A stretch of DNA of 44,161 bases. It comes from a virus. Taxonomy: Duplodnaviria; Caudoviricetes. The notes under the pieces were generated by a model, which had not been told where the DNA came from, ran no database searches, and saw nothing but the letters and a program-made list of their open reading frames with translations. Made by a program: the position numbers and the translations under genes. The stretch lies in IMG/VR virus record IMGVR_UViG_3300032280_001176, positions 1 through 44,161 of that record; one strand, given 5' to 3'. Positions 16,262 to 26,297 of this stretch are shown here, piece by piece (position 1 is the first letter of the stretch; each line of letters begins with the position of its first letter).

Positions 16262-17044
16262 ATGAAATTAACTAAAGCTCAACTTAGAAAGATTGTCCGA
16301 ACAAATCTTTCAGAAACACCGCTAATGGACATTTTGCCTTTTAAAAATAAGTGGGATTACTCAATTGATGATCTTGACATTGGTCCATCAATTGGATATA
16401 GAATGGCTTCAAAGTTAAAAGGCCCCGAAAAAGAAAGAAGAAAGCAATTTACTGATGCTGCAAAGGTTCTTCTTGCAGACTCGGAAGACAACTGGTATAT
16501 CATCGTGCTAAAAAGTGTCGGAGGTAACCCAAATTCAATGTCTAAAGTGGTTGACTCTCCTGAATTTGTGCAATGGATGAGTTCTTTAAACATTCCTAAG
16601 GGATCTAAAATCTTAGTTCCTGCTCAAACAAGAATGACAGGAGACTTTCTTGCGCCTGAATGGCAAATAGTTCATGACATCATCGGGCACTCGATTTATG
16701 ATCACTACATGAACGAAATTCAAAAAAATTCTAAAGTAAAAGTCAATGCAGATATCGTTAATGATTTTGATGATTACTTTTCTGAGCACACAAAAATTAC
16801 ATGGACATCACTACCAGATGAGTTTAAGATTGCAAAAAGGGATGTTATCGATAGACTTCCAGATATTTTTGCTGCAATCTTTGCAAACAAATTCGATAAG
16901 CAAAAAGCGGTTGAGGCATATGAAAAACTTGAAATTTTTTATATGCCAATGGTAGAAAAATCAATTGATGCCCTTTATAAAATTGTTGATAGTTTTAAAG
17001 AAAGTGTTCCTTACGACAAACCAACTTTGGTGTATCCTTTTTAG
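16262..17044 (+). CDS. hypothetical protein with HDxxGH motif (tandem paralogue B)
   Basis: GAGGA RBS; paralogue of 15505-16239. Confidence 0.8.
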   Translation: MKLTKAQLRKIVRTNLSETPLMDILPFKNKWDYSIDDLDIGPSIGYRMASKLKGPEKERRKQFTDAAKVLLADSEDNWYIIVLKSVGGNPNSMSKVVDSPEFVQWMSSLNIPKGSKILVPAQTRMTGDFLAPEWQIVHDIIGHSIYDHYMNEIQKNSKVKVNADIVNDFDDYFSEHTKITWTSLPDEFKIAKRDVIDRLPDIFAAIFANKFDKQKAVEAYEKLEIFYMPMVEKSIDALYKIVDSFKESVPYDKPTLVYPF

Positions 17045-17247
17045 TTAATTTAAACTTTTGCATTTGCAGCACGATGTCATTTATCAAATGCAAAATAAAA
17101 TTATAATCAATCTGCGATTGCCGATATGCCCTACTTCTGGTAAATCGCAGAGTTAAGTTGCGCGCCGAGGTGGGAGCGGGGCGCAAATTGTTTTTCTTTT
17201 CTTCTTTTCAAAGATATTTATAGTTGATTGTGTTACCAAGGTGATTT

Positions 17248-18105
17248 ATGAAACTTTCTGAAGTGCAAGTTCGTCAAGAGATTCGTGCCCAAATTGTGAA
17301 GCTTCTTAAAGAAGTTCGTGGGTCGGTCGAAGCCGATGTCCTGATGAGTTCTCTTGCTCGTCTGCCGGATGCTCTTAGATCTGCATTTCCAGGTGTTGGA
17401 CATCGTGTTGTTAGAGGGCAAAAAGAGATTTTGCCGTTTGATTTTATTCAAGAATTCGTCAGGTATCCTCCCGTTTTCTTGTCAGGAAGCGAAGTCAGAT
17501 TCGGTATGCATTTAGGTGACGCTTATCGTGAACTCTTGGTTTCAAAAGACGAACTCGCATTGGTCGTCAAATTTATTGGAGAATGGCTTTCTCGAAGAGG
17601 TTGGTACATTTTCTCCTCGGGTCTTGGAGACAGAGGTGAAAGACTTAGTGTTTCTGCACTTCCTAAAAATAATCCTTTTGTCACTCCCGGTGATTTCATG
17701 TATCACCTCACAGACCTCTCTTCAGTAGAGGGCATTAAAAAAAGAGGTCTCTTGCCGCGCGGAAGTGATGAGCGCGGATTTTCGCCGCGCGTTTATCTCT
17801 TCACAAATGTAGATGCACTTAATAGACAGGCCGAAGAAAATCGCGAGGCTTGGGCTGAGACAGGCTTTCGTTGGAATCCTACGCTGACAAAGACACCTGA
17901 AGCTGCTGTTATTGTCTTGGATCCTCGTGCTTTTCGAAAGGGTACCAAGTTTGAAGTAGATCCTGAGTATTTGGGTGACCCCGGGTATGTCTATACTAAA
18001 TCACACATTCCGCCTGATGCTATAGTCAAGATCATCCCGGTGAATGAGAATTACAACAAATTTAGTATTTATGATCAAAATATCAACAAAAGAGAAGAGA
18101 AATAA
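17248..18105 (+). CDS. Tpt1/KptA-like NAD-dependent (ART-fold) domain protein
   Basis: MYHLT...IKKRGLLP...RVYLF...YTKSHIPPDAI matches the KptA C-domain pattern. Confidence 0.6.
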   Translation: MKLSEVQVRQEIRAQIVKLLKEVRGSVEADVLMSSLARLPDALRSAFPGVGHRVVRGQKEILPFDFIQEFVRYPPVFLSGSEVRFGMHLGDAYRELLVSKDELALVVKFIGEWLSRRGWYIFSSGLGDRGERLSVSALPKNNPFVTPGDFMYHLTDLSSVEGIKKRGLLPRGSDERGFSPRVYLFTNVDALNRQAEENREAWAETGFRWNPTLTKTPEAAVIVLDPRAFRKGTKFEVDPEYLGDPGYVYTKSHIPPDAIVKIIPVNENYNKFSIYDQNINKREEK

Positions 18106-18107
18106 AC

Positions 18108-18866
18108 ATGAAACTCACAAGATTAACCCTCCGTAAGCTCATCGAAGAGCAAGTTTTAACAAAGAAAAAGTTCTATGTTCTCGTAGGACCACCTTCAGTT
18201 GGAAAATCTTCTTGGATAAGAAAGTGGAAAGTTGAAAATCAAGAGCAGCCTTTTATTATATCAAGAGACGATATCGTTGAAGAAGTTGCAAAAGATATCG
18301 GTTTTTCAACAGATGAACTCTTTATTCACCCTGACCCTAAAATATCTTCACCTGGAGACGTTTATCCAAAGTATGGTGTTGTGCAGGTTTCACCCACTTG
18401 GATGAAAAATAAACTGTCTTATTCAAATGTGCTTAAAGCGAATGATGAAGTTGAAAATCGTCTCAATGCAAGAAAAGTGGCTGCTGTCAATTCAGGTCAG
18501 ACAATCATACTAGACATGACTAATATGAATAAGAAGTCAAGAGCAAGAGCGTTAAAGATTGTTGCCGGACGAGAAAATGAGTTTGAGAAGATTGCTGTCG
18601 ATTTTAAGTTTCAAGGTGTTGAGTCTGTCATCAAAACTGTTGCCAAGATGAGAGCAAAAGTTGCTGCAGCACAAGGCATTCCAAAAGATGTTCCAGAAAA
18701 CTTTATTGATGACATGATCAATGCCTATGAACCACCCACATTATCTGAGGGTTTTGATCGCATAGAAGTATCAGACAATCGTCAAAAGTTAATTGATATT
18801 GCTAGTAAAGGAGACATCTCAGGTCTCACAAGAGAGTCAAGAAACTATTACAGTTATTATAAGTAA
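18108..18866 (+). CDS. P-loop kinase (polynucleotide-kinase/AAA_33-like)
   Basis: Walker A GPPSVGKS; ISRDD; ILDMTN...R; P..SEGFD. Confidence 0.75.
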   Translation: MKLTRLTLRKLIEEQVLTKKKFYVLVGPPSVGKSSWIRKWKVENQEQPFIISRDDIVEEVAKDIGFSTDELFIHPDPKISSPGDVYPKYGVVQVSPTWMKNKLSYSNVLKANDEVENRLNARKVAAVNSGQTIILDMTNMNKKSRARALKIVAGRENEFEKIAVDFKFQGVESVIKTVAKMRAKVAAAQGIPKDVPENFIDDMINAYEPPTLSEGFDRIEVSDNRQKLIDIASKGDISGLTRESRNYYSYYK

Positions 18867-18932
18867 AAAAGAAACAACTTACATATTTAATCTCAAGCAC
18901 TAAGTGTATTACTTTTAAAAACTAGAGGTAAA

Positions 18933-19814
18933 ATGAAAATTAAAAAATCTCAATTAATAAATTTTATTAGACAGCAATTAAAAGAAATGGCATATGCTGG
19001 AAGATTTAAACCTCGATATGATCCCAAAGAAAGGAGGACGGCATGGGGAGATTTATATCAGAGTGGTGCTTCAGACCTTTTAGATTATGGAACAGGTGAT
19101 GGTCAGAAAAAACATAATTTTGATAATGTTAAAAAATACGCAATGTCAAAAACGTTTGAAAGGCTTGCAAAGAAGCATTTCGCAAATATTCCTTGGAATA
19201 TTTGGATTGCGCCGTTAATTGGAACTTACGAAAAAATAACAGATTACTCTGATGATGACAGAGCAATATTGGAGCCTTTAAAACCTAATGGTGTCAATAT
19301 ACTTAAAGAGATAGGTTATGAAATTCCAGAAAACTTTGGAGACAATGACGTTGTTATTCTTTATTCTTCTTCCGTATTAGAAAAAGATTTTATTGCAACA
19401 CCATGGATGATTTTTCATGCAATGTTTGATAACGAAAACACTGAAGTTTTTAGTGAAACATTCGCACGTGTTATTAAAAATCAACTCATACAGGGCTGGG
19501 CCCGGGAGAACACAAGAGCTCCAGAAAATATAGAAATCTTGACTGCTAATTTAAAAGGAAATTTCTGGTATAACTGGCGTCATGCGCTTACGATGAGATC
19601 TGCAAGAACAGGTGTAATAGGCGTGGAAGCAGATGCTTTTGCAGAAATTATGTGTCAAGAGCTTTTGACAAAATCTGGCTTTACAATTAATGATAATGGA
19701 GCAAAAAAAGAATACATAGAAGCTCTCTATAACCTCAAGCCTATTATCAAAAAGTGTGCAGACGAATTTAGATCGAACATCAGAGGAAAACTGATTATCG
19801 TTGGTGTTAATTAA
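18933..19814 (+). CDS. hypothetical protein, distant relative of 15505/16262
   Basis: leader MKIKKSQL; TPWMIFH aligns by eye with PEWQIVH. Confidence 0.7.
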   Translation: MKIKKSQLINFIRQQLKEMAYAGRFKPRYDPKERRTAWGDLYQSGASDLLDYGTGDGQKKHNFDNVKKYAMSKTFERLAKKHFANIPWNIWIAPLIGTYEKITDYSDDDRAILEPLKPNGVNILKEIGYEIPENFGDNDVVILYSSSVLEKDFIATPWMIFHAMFDNENTEVFSETFARVIKNQLIQGWARENTRAPENIEILTANLKGNFWYNWRHALTMRSARTGVIGVEADAFAEIMCQELLTKSGFTINDNGAKKEYIEALYNLKPIIKKCADEFRSNIRGKLIIVGVN

Positions 19815-19883
19815 GATTGGATAAATTATGAAATTAAGTGAATCAAAGCGTCTGATCTGCATATTTAATCTCAAGGAGATAAA

Positions 19884-20231
19884 ATGAGTCTTTCAAGATC
19901 ACAAATTAGAAAGTTGATAGCAGAAGAGTTGATCACTAGCGAGAAAAGAGAGTCAGAAATCAAAGAGTTTTCAAAAACAAAAAGCGGCAAACGAGTTATT
20001 CAAGCCGGCGCCAAAATGAAATCTTGCTCTTCAGAGATCAGAGAAGTTGCAGATGATCAGACAGGAAGCATGAGAAGTGCTTTAAATAGAATTGCCGAGT
20101 TTGTGGATAAGATTGGATCTTCTCTATCGGGATTAGATTCTGTCACAGAGGGTACAAGCGTCACTGAAAACTTTCCTACTGTTTCAGAACTAAAGCAACT
20201 CGTCAAAGACATCAAAAGACTTGAAGAATAA
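19884..20231 (+). CDS. hypothetical helical protein
   Basis: AAGGAG RBS; leader MSLSRSQIRKLIAEE. Confidence 0.75.
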   Translation: MSLSRSQIRKLIAEELITSEKRESEIKEFSKTKSGKRVIQAGAKMKSCSSEIREVADDQTGSMRSALNRIAEFVDKIGSSLSGLDSVTEGTSVTENFPTVSELKQLVKDIKRLEE

Positions 20232-20247
20232 TAGTGAAGAGATTCTT

Positions 20248-20874
20248 ATGAGTGAAAGAGACGATCGCAAAGTAAAAGGTGGATGCATTCCTGTTCGTAG
20301 AAAGATTGCATCTGGTGGTAAAGAAGGCACTTATGCTGATGCCCGAACAGGTGGCAAGCAAGCATATCTTGCTTTGAAAAAAGAAAAACCTCCAGGATCA
20401 GCTGGAGGTTGGACAAAGAAAAACTGTATTTGTTGTCATAAGTGCAAAAATGATCGATCAGCACCCAATGGATTTGTTTGCATGAATCCTTCACACCTTT
20501 ACTGGGGATCTAAAGCAGACAATACTTATGATCAGAACAGAGGTAACGGTTGGGCAGCGGAAAACAAAAAATCATTAAAAGAAGACACAAATTTTAAAGG
20601 AGATAAAATTATGAAAATATCAAGAGCTAAGCTGAGAAGCATTATTAAAGAAGCTTTTACACAAATGATGATGAGCGATGAAGAGTTGATGGATGTCGCC
20701 CGTGAATATTCATTAGGAATGGATCAAACCGGACAGTTTATTTCATTAGTCAGAAGTGGTATGTTGGTCAGTGATGCTTTATCTTCTGTCGTGAATGGCG
20801 ATTTAAATGACGTGGATGTATATTCATATGACAATGAAATAAATCCTGACTACTATGGATCAGATGAATTTTAA
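20248..20874 (+). CDS. His-Me finger (HNH) nuclease domain in frame with a leader-bearing small protein (internal start 20611)
   Basis: CHKCKN...CMNPSHLYWGSKADN; AAGGAG RBS plus ATG 20611 MKISRAKLRSIIKE. Confidence 0.65.
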   Translation: MSERDDRKVKGGCIPVRRKIASGGKEGTYADARTGGKQAYLALKKEKPPGSAGGWTKKNCICCHKCKNDRSAPNGFVCMNPSHLYWGSKADNTYDQNRGNGWAAENKKSLKEDTNFKGDKIMKISRAKLRSIIKEAFTQMMMSDEELMDVAREYSLGMDQTGQFISLVRSGMLVSDALSSVVNGDLNDVDVYSYDNEINPDYYGSDEF

Positions 20875-21345
20875 TTAATAGAGCGATCCACGAATTGACA
20901 TAATAGAATCTTCGTCATCTGTATCAGTGAATCCAAGAGCATGTCCTAACTCATGCTGAATTAGGATTTCGCTATCATTAAATCTCTCCTGAATGTAGAT
21001 AGAGGCCCTTGTGATCTCTTGAATCTTAGGAGGGATTTTTTCGTTTTTAATGAATCTGTATGCCTCTCCTGCGTTTTCTTCAGGAATTTGATCACCGTTG
21101 TAGATTGCGATTTCGCCGGGCAGAGGATCTTCGGCACAAGACTTTCTCCGAATTGATCCAATTTTTTCGCCGCGAGATTTCCAGTAATTAACTGCTTTTT
21201 GCACAACCTCAGTTTCAATTTCCAAACCGTCACAAATGACTACTTGTGGTGTCGCTGTTTTCCACTTGGCAACTCTTAAATGCTCAAGATTTTCAAAACT
21301 TGCGTCTGCAGTCAGAAGTAATACGGATAAGAAAAAGTTCATCAC
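20875..21345 (-). CDS. metzincin (matrixin-like) metallopeptidase
   Basis: HELGHALGFTD, Met-turn SIM, signal-peptide-like N-terminus. Confidence 0.75.
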   Translation of the reverse strand: MMNFFLSVLLLTADASFENLEHLRVAKWKTATPQVVICDGLEIETEVVQKAVNYWKSRGEKIGSIRRKSCAEDPLPGEIAIYNGDQIPEENAGEAYRFIKNEKIPPKIQEITRASIYIQERFNDSEILIQHELGHALGFTDTDDEDSIMSIRGSLY

Positions 21346-21389
21346 ACTCTCCTACTTATAGTGTATATTATAAGCAAGGAGATTTACAA

Positions 21390-21713
21390 ATGCACTCATT
21401 TGAAGATTACAAGTCAATAGTTGTGCCTATCGGTGGAAGAAATTATATTCTTTATGTAGCCGATGATGATGATAAGAGAAGACGAGGCCTGTCAAAAATT
21501 TCTCGGATTGGATCTAATGAGGGAATGATTTTTACTTATCCGCACCCCGTGCTTCATTCCTACACGATGAGAGAAACTCGATTTCCGCTGCGAATTATCT
21601 TTATTGATCAGCATTTTGAGATCGTGGATGAGTTTGACGCAGCTGCAGGCCAAATAGAAGAAGTCAGACCGAGATCTGACTTCAAATATGTGATTGAGAT
21701 TTTAGGGCGTTAG
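21390..21713 (+). CDS. DUF192 family protein
   Basis: VAD...R.RGL...EGMIF...M.ET.FPL.IIFID; AAGGAG RBS before ATG 21390. Confidence 0.8.
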   Translation: MHSFEDYKSIVVPIGGRNYILYVADDDDKRRRGLSKISRIGSNEGMIFTYPHPVLHSYTMRETRFPLRIIFIDQHFEIVDEFDAAAGQIEEVRPRSDFKYVIEILGR

Positions 21714-21714
21714 A

Positions 21715-22812
21715 TTAGTATCTGCCCCAGTATCTCTCACGCATTAGTGTGGCGTGTGATTTTCCGTATGATTCATTGGTAATGACTTTCCCTTCCCTGA
21801 GAATTTCATTAAACATTTTTTTGTAATAATTTATATTTTCAGGTGTAGTTGTTGCGTCTGGGGCAGGATATTCTATTTTATTACTTGTAATAGAATAATT
21901 ATAAAAATTTCCTTCTTGATCATAAACTAGAATGTTATTGTTTTGTCTATTGAAAAGACATCTTTCATTTTTGAGATTTATATTATCATTAATGTATTTT
22001 TTAAATCCAGGTGCAGCATTAACGAATCTATCTAAGTTTCCTTCCCAAGTATTGTAGTAATAAGTTGTGCCATCATGCTTTATAACTGAAGGTATTGGAG
22101 GCTCACTTGGAGAAGGTGGATTTGGCTTTGGCTTTCCTCCTGTTGATTTTGATGCGGAAGTTTTACATTTATTTTTTAAATCATCACTTCTTGCCCCGGA
22201 ATATTTTTTATCTAAAACATCTGTTGCTCTTTGATTATTTCTTAAAGACAACCATCTGTTGCCGCTTTCTTTTTTCTTAGTTTCCCAGCAACCTGTTTCT
22301 GTATTTACCCGATAGATGAAAGGATCATCTCTGTTTATCGGCTCGTATTGATTCTTATTATCTTTTTCTGATTCGGTGTCTGGAGATTCTGGTTTGGCTT
22401 CTGATTTTTTCTTCTCATCTTCTACAGCAGCAGTAGGTTCAGAATTTTTCTCTTTATTGACAGTAATCTTAAAAGCTCTACCTGCTTTAAGTGCTTCTTT
22501 ATAATCTTTTAAATTTGTATCTGCTTCTAATGCTCTTTCAATTTTTTGTCCTAATTCTTCGGGTTCTGCTCTTGTGACTGCTGTTCTCATTTTACCAATT
22601 GTAATCATTCCACGAAAACTATCATTTGCTGCTACTTTACTTACTATCTGCTTAACTTTATTTTCAATATCAGATTTTAAACGACCTGCTTCTTCTTTAT
22701 TAGGTGTGTTTGTTTTTCTTGCTCCGGCGCCGGCTCCTTGAACATCGCCTTCTTGCTCTCTTAACACTGTCTCAAAGATCATCTTTCTCAACTCATTTTT
22801 GCTTATTTTCAT
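21715..22812 (-). CDS. hypothetical protein with N-terminal leader
   Basis: MKISKNELRKMIFE; GGAG RBS; 365 aa. Confidence 0.75.
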   Translation of the reverse strand: MKISKNELRKMIFETVLREQEGDVQGAGAGARKTNTPNKEEAGRLKSDIENKVKQIVSKVAANDSFRGMITIGKMRTAVTRAEPEELGQKIERALEADTNLKDYKEALKAGRAFKITVNKEKNSEPTAAVEDEKKKSEAKPESPDTESEKDNKNQYEPINRDDPFIYRVNTETGCWETKKKESGNRWLSLRNNQRATDVLDKKYSGARSDDLKNKCKTSASKSTGGKPKPNPPSPSEPPIPSVIKHDGTTYYYNTWEGNLDRFVNAAPGFKKYINDNINLKNERCLFNRQNNNILVYDQEGNFYNYSITSNKIEYPAPDATTTPENINYYKKMFNEILREGKVITNESYGKSHATLMRERYWGRY

Positions 22813-22889
22813 AAATTTTCTCCAAATAGAAATTCGTTAAACATACTTAAATATGTCTTGCAACCCAAATATTCACTCTGATAAAAAAA

Positions 22890-23336
22890 ATGATCACTCA
22901 AATAATCATCGCTTGGATCTGGGGTCATATTTTAGAATATGTTGCACACAAGTATCTGCTGCACAATCGTCATAGATTTTTATTTGCTTTTAAAAACCAC
23001 TTTCAAAAGCACCATCGCACCGCCCGAAAAAATCAAATGTATGATTCGGGCTATGAGTCAATTTTTTCGTCGCGATTCGAAATTCAATCTCTTATTATCG
23101 CAGGTCTCATTCATCTTCCTATCCTCTTCTTTTTTCCTTTTGGATATTTAACACTGATCGTGTCTTTGGTATCTTATTATCTGCTCCACCGCAAATCTCA
23201 CTTAGATCCTGAGTGGAGCAAGAAATGGATGCCTTGGCACTATGCTCACCACATGGGCCCTGATCAGCACAAGAACTGGGGCGTAAGGCTTCCTATTATT
23301 GACTTATTGATGGGAACTTCAGATTTTAAAAGGTAA
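22890..23336 (+). CDS. fatty-acid hydroxylase/sterol desaturase superfamily membrane protein
   Basis: His boxes HKYLLH, HFQKHH, HRKSH, HYAHH; NWGV; TM helices. Confidence 0.75.
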   Translation: MITQIIIAWIWGHILEYVAHKYLLHNRHRFLFAFKNHFQKHHRTARKNQMYDSGYESIFSSRFEIQSLIIAGLIHLPILFFFPFGYLTLIVSLVSYYLLHRKSHLDPEWSKKWMPWHYAHHMGPDQHKNWGVRLPIIDLLMGTSDFKR

Positions 23337-23380
23337 AAACTTTTCTAACACAATAAGTATCATAAAATAGAGGTTTTTGA

Positions 23381-24208
23381 ATGCAAAGTGAAATCATCAG
23401 GCAGATTGTTCGTGAAGAAGTTCGCAAAAAGATTAAAAATCAACAACAGCTAGTTGAACATCGTAAGAACGTGAGAGCCTGTGTTAAGTTTTTAGATCTT
23501 GCAATTGTGGAACAAGGTGATCGAGCTTTAATCAAAGAGTTTGCAGGACTTAGCGACATTACCTCCGGCGTTTCAACATTCATCTCAGGTTTTTTTGATA
23601 ACATTCCTGAAGGCGGGAAGAACTTAATTTATGAAACAGTTACTGGTTTCATTCTTGACTCTATCGCTAATGCATTAGGCATTCCTCAAATTTCAACTGA
23701 CACTGTGTTCGGTAGTTTTTTAAGAAACTTTATTCCAGAGTTTGCTGAAAGAGGCGGAATTGATACAATTACAAGATTTGTGGTCACCAAAGATCCCAAT
23801 GCTTGTAAAGAACTTACTGAGGCAGTTTTTGTTGGATTTATAGAAACAGGCGGAGAAAAAATATTCTACGACAAGATACTTCCAGAAATGTTTTCTTCTG
23901 TAACAAAAGTATTGTTTGATGCTCCAATTCCGCTTGAGTCCGGGCCTTTGCCAACAATACTTAGAGGTGTTGGCAGAGAAACAATAAATGAGTTTATGGA
24001 GCAGTATCTCAGATCAATGATTAATCCTGTTTCAGATTTCCTTTGTGTGCATCAGGATGCAGAAAAGTTTAAGAGCGAGATTATGGGAATGATGAACATT
24101 ACTCCAGACAAATCAAAAAGTTCAGAGAAATCAACTAACGGAGATCGATCTGGTAAAGCATTTAATCAAGAAGATTTTATTAAAGCCTACAAAGGAATTT
24201 CAAGATGA
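23381..24208 (+). CDS. hypothetical protein
   Basis: GAGG RBS; leader MQSEIIRQIVREE. Confidence 0.75.
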   Translation: MQSEIIRQIVREEVRKKIKNQQQLVEHRKNVRACVKFLDLAIVEQGDRALIKEFAGLSDITSGVSTFISGFFDNIPEGGKNLIYETVTGFILDSIANALGIPQISTDTVFGSFLRNFIPEFAERGGIDTITRFVVTKDPNACKELTEAVFVGFIETGGEKIFYDKILPEMFSSVTKVLFDAPIPLESGPLPTILRGVGRETINEFMEQYLRSMINPVSDFLCVHQDAEKFKSEIMGMMNITPDKSKSSEKSTNGDRSGKAFNQEDFIKAYKGISR

Positions 24209-26286
24209 TTTATAACAAAAGTGTCGTTAGAAAATTAATACTACTTGAAATAAAAAATAGATTAATTTTCGAGCAGGCGGCGCAATCAGCAACACCAGCT
24301 GTTACTTTTAGTACCGAAGAAGACAAACAAAATATGCTTCAAGGAATGGACAAGCTTATCAATGCACTTAAAGGAGAAGTACAAACTATAAGTGAAAGTG
24401 AAGCTTCTAAATATGAGCAAAGATTATACAAGGCAACAAAAGAAGGCTTTGGATTTGGAACAGATGAAGAAGAAATTGAAAAAGTTTTAACTGAAATTCC
24501 TACAATTGTTGATGTGTCATATGTTTCAGCAAAATTTGAAAAAACTCATCAAGGTGCCTGGACATTTACACCTACTTTAGAGTCTGTTTTTTCAAGTGAA
24601 CTTGATGACACTGACATGGAAAGGCACGTCAATACAGTCATAAATGATAAAATGAAGACGAGCTTTATTAAATTAGGTGAGTTTGGTGTCTTAGGCAGAG
24701 ATCAATTTTTTGATTTAATAAAAAGCGGAAAAGAATTTCAAGACGCAGGTCTTAAAGATCCTTCCTCTGTGTTTAAAGGAAAAGCTAAAAGCGGAGGAGT
24801 TGCAGCGTCAGGTGTTCTTTCAGCATTAGACGCTTTAAATGACGACGACCCGAGTACAGAATTTTATATTGCTCCTGCTGTGGATCAATTAGCAGTTCCT
24901 GCTGCAGCCGGCGCCGCCGCCGATGTCGGTGGTTCCATAAATCCTGTTACTGCTACTAAAGAGCTTGGTTCAAAAGTCGGCGGCGTCGCCAAAACAGCCG
25001 GAGAAGAATACAGAAAGGCCGCCGACGCCGCCGGAGAGGCAGCTAAAAAGGCTGCCGGAGAGGCAGCTAAAAATGTGGGCGAAGATGCGGCCGAAGCGGC
25101 CGCCAAAAAGGCCGCAAAGAAAGCCTCGCTAAAAGCAGGAGCGAAAGCAGCTGGAATGACGCTTTTAAAGTCTATTCCTCAAGTAGGATTGAAAGCTATA
25201 CCAGTTTTAGGTTGGGCACTTTTAGCTGCTGAGCTAGCTGATTGGGCAATGTCAGGAAATATTCAAGAAGATACTGCACTGGCACTTGATTCAAAACTCT
25301 ATCTTAAAATTAAAGATATGTTTAGGCAGGTTTTGCCAGGACTTGAAGCCTCCAGGGCTGCAATGGCTGGTACACCAGTTTTAGAAGCAAGTGAAGAAGC
25401 CGGCGCTGATGAAAGTAAATCTACTTCACTCGGCTGGGGTCTCGAGCAACCCTATGTTCTTAATATCATTAAGACAATGAATGCTTATGCATCCAAAAAG
25501 AGTCTTGAAGGATATACACCTCCTCCAGAAGAAAACAAATGGAGCCCAGTCGTTCAAGAAGCCTGGCTCAAGTTTGCTCCTCACGCACTGGCTAACTGTG
25601 GTCTTTATAGCCAATTTAAAATTAGCAATGTTGATAACTGGAAAAATATGTCTGCTGCAATGAAATCTAAGTATCCAGGATACACACCAAATCCTAGAGG
25701 CTGCTTAGCATTTTGTTTAGATGCATACTACTGTGAGCTTAGATACGGTAATGAGGCACCTTCTTCTTCTTCGGGTCGAGGTGGTCGTGGAGGCGGAGGA
25801 GGAGGAGGTTCAGGTGAGGATGATACAAAAAGGGGTAAAGAGACGAAAGGCTCATCAAAGAAAATAACTGTGAAGCTTAACCAGACAGGAAAAAATTTCA
25901 AATCATCAGGATTTAGTTTGTCAGATAACAGAGATCCAGATGAGCTTATGATAAAAGCAATTTTAAATGAAATGAGTGCTCAATCTGTGCGAGCCGGATA
26001 CCCAGGCGGGCAAGTAACATTTTTCTTCGTGCTTGATAAAAATAATAAAATTGTAGATGTTCAAAATGAACTTGGCGGCGGTCAAAATGCAGGATTAAAC
26101 TTACCTCTTAAAAATATTAGAAACGCATTAGAAGACATTGCAAAAGGTTTAATTTTCCCTACAGGCACAGGTGTTTCATATTCTAAAGATGATGAAATTT
26201 TTGATAATCCTAAAAGATTTAGAAAAAAAGCCATTAAAGTTACTTTCAACATTCCTGCAGGTAACGTAAAAGATCTTCGCCCTTAA
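24205..26286 (+). CDS. large protein with an annexin-like repeat and an Ala/Lys-rich region
   Basis: LYKATKEGFGFGTDEEEIEKVL; AAGEAAKK repeats; hydrophobic AIPVLGWALLAA; Gly-rich linker. Confidence 0.7.
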   Translation: MIYNKSVVRKLILLEIKNRLIFEQAAQSATPAVTFSTEEDKQNMLQGMDKLINALKGEVQTISESEASKYEQRLYKATKEGFGFGTDEEEIEKVLTEIPTIVDVSYVSAKFEKTHQGAWTFTPTLESVFSSELDDTDMERHVNTVINDKMKTSFIKLGEFGVLGRDQFFDLIKSGKEFQDAGLKDPSSVFKGKAKSGGVAASGVLSALDALNDDDPSTEFYIAPAVDQLAVPAAAGAAADVGGSINPVTATKELGSKVGGVAKTAGEEYRKAADAAGEAAKKAAGEAAKNVGEDAAEAAAKKAAKKASLKAGAKAAGMTLLKSIPQVGLKAIPVLGWALLAAELADWAMSGNIQEDTALALDSKLYLKIKDMFRQVLPGLEASRAAMAGTPVLEASEEAGADESKSTSLGWGLEQPYVLNIIKTMNAYASKKSLEGYTPPPEENKWSPVVQEAWLKFAPHALANCGLYSQFKISNVDNWKNMSAAMKSKYPGYTPNPRGCLAFCLDAYYCELRYGNEAPSSSSGRGGRGGGGGGGSGEDDTKRGKETKGSSKKITVKLNQTGKNFKSSGFSLSDNRDPDELMIKAILNEMSAQSVRAGYPGGQVTFFFVLDKNNKIVDVQNELGGGQNAGLNLPLKNIRNALEDIAKGLIFPTGTGVSYSKDDEIFDNPKRFRKKAIKVTFNIPAGNVKDLRP

Positions 26287-26297
26287 AAGGATTAATC

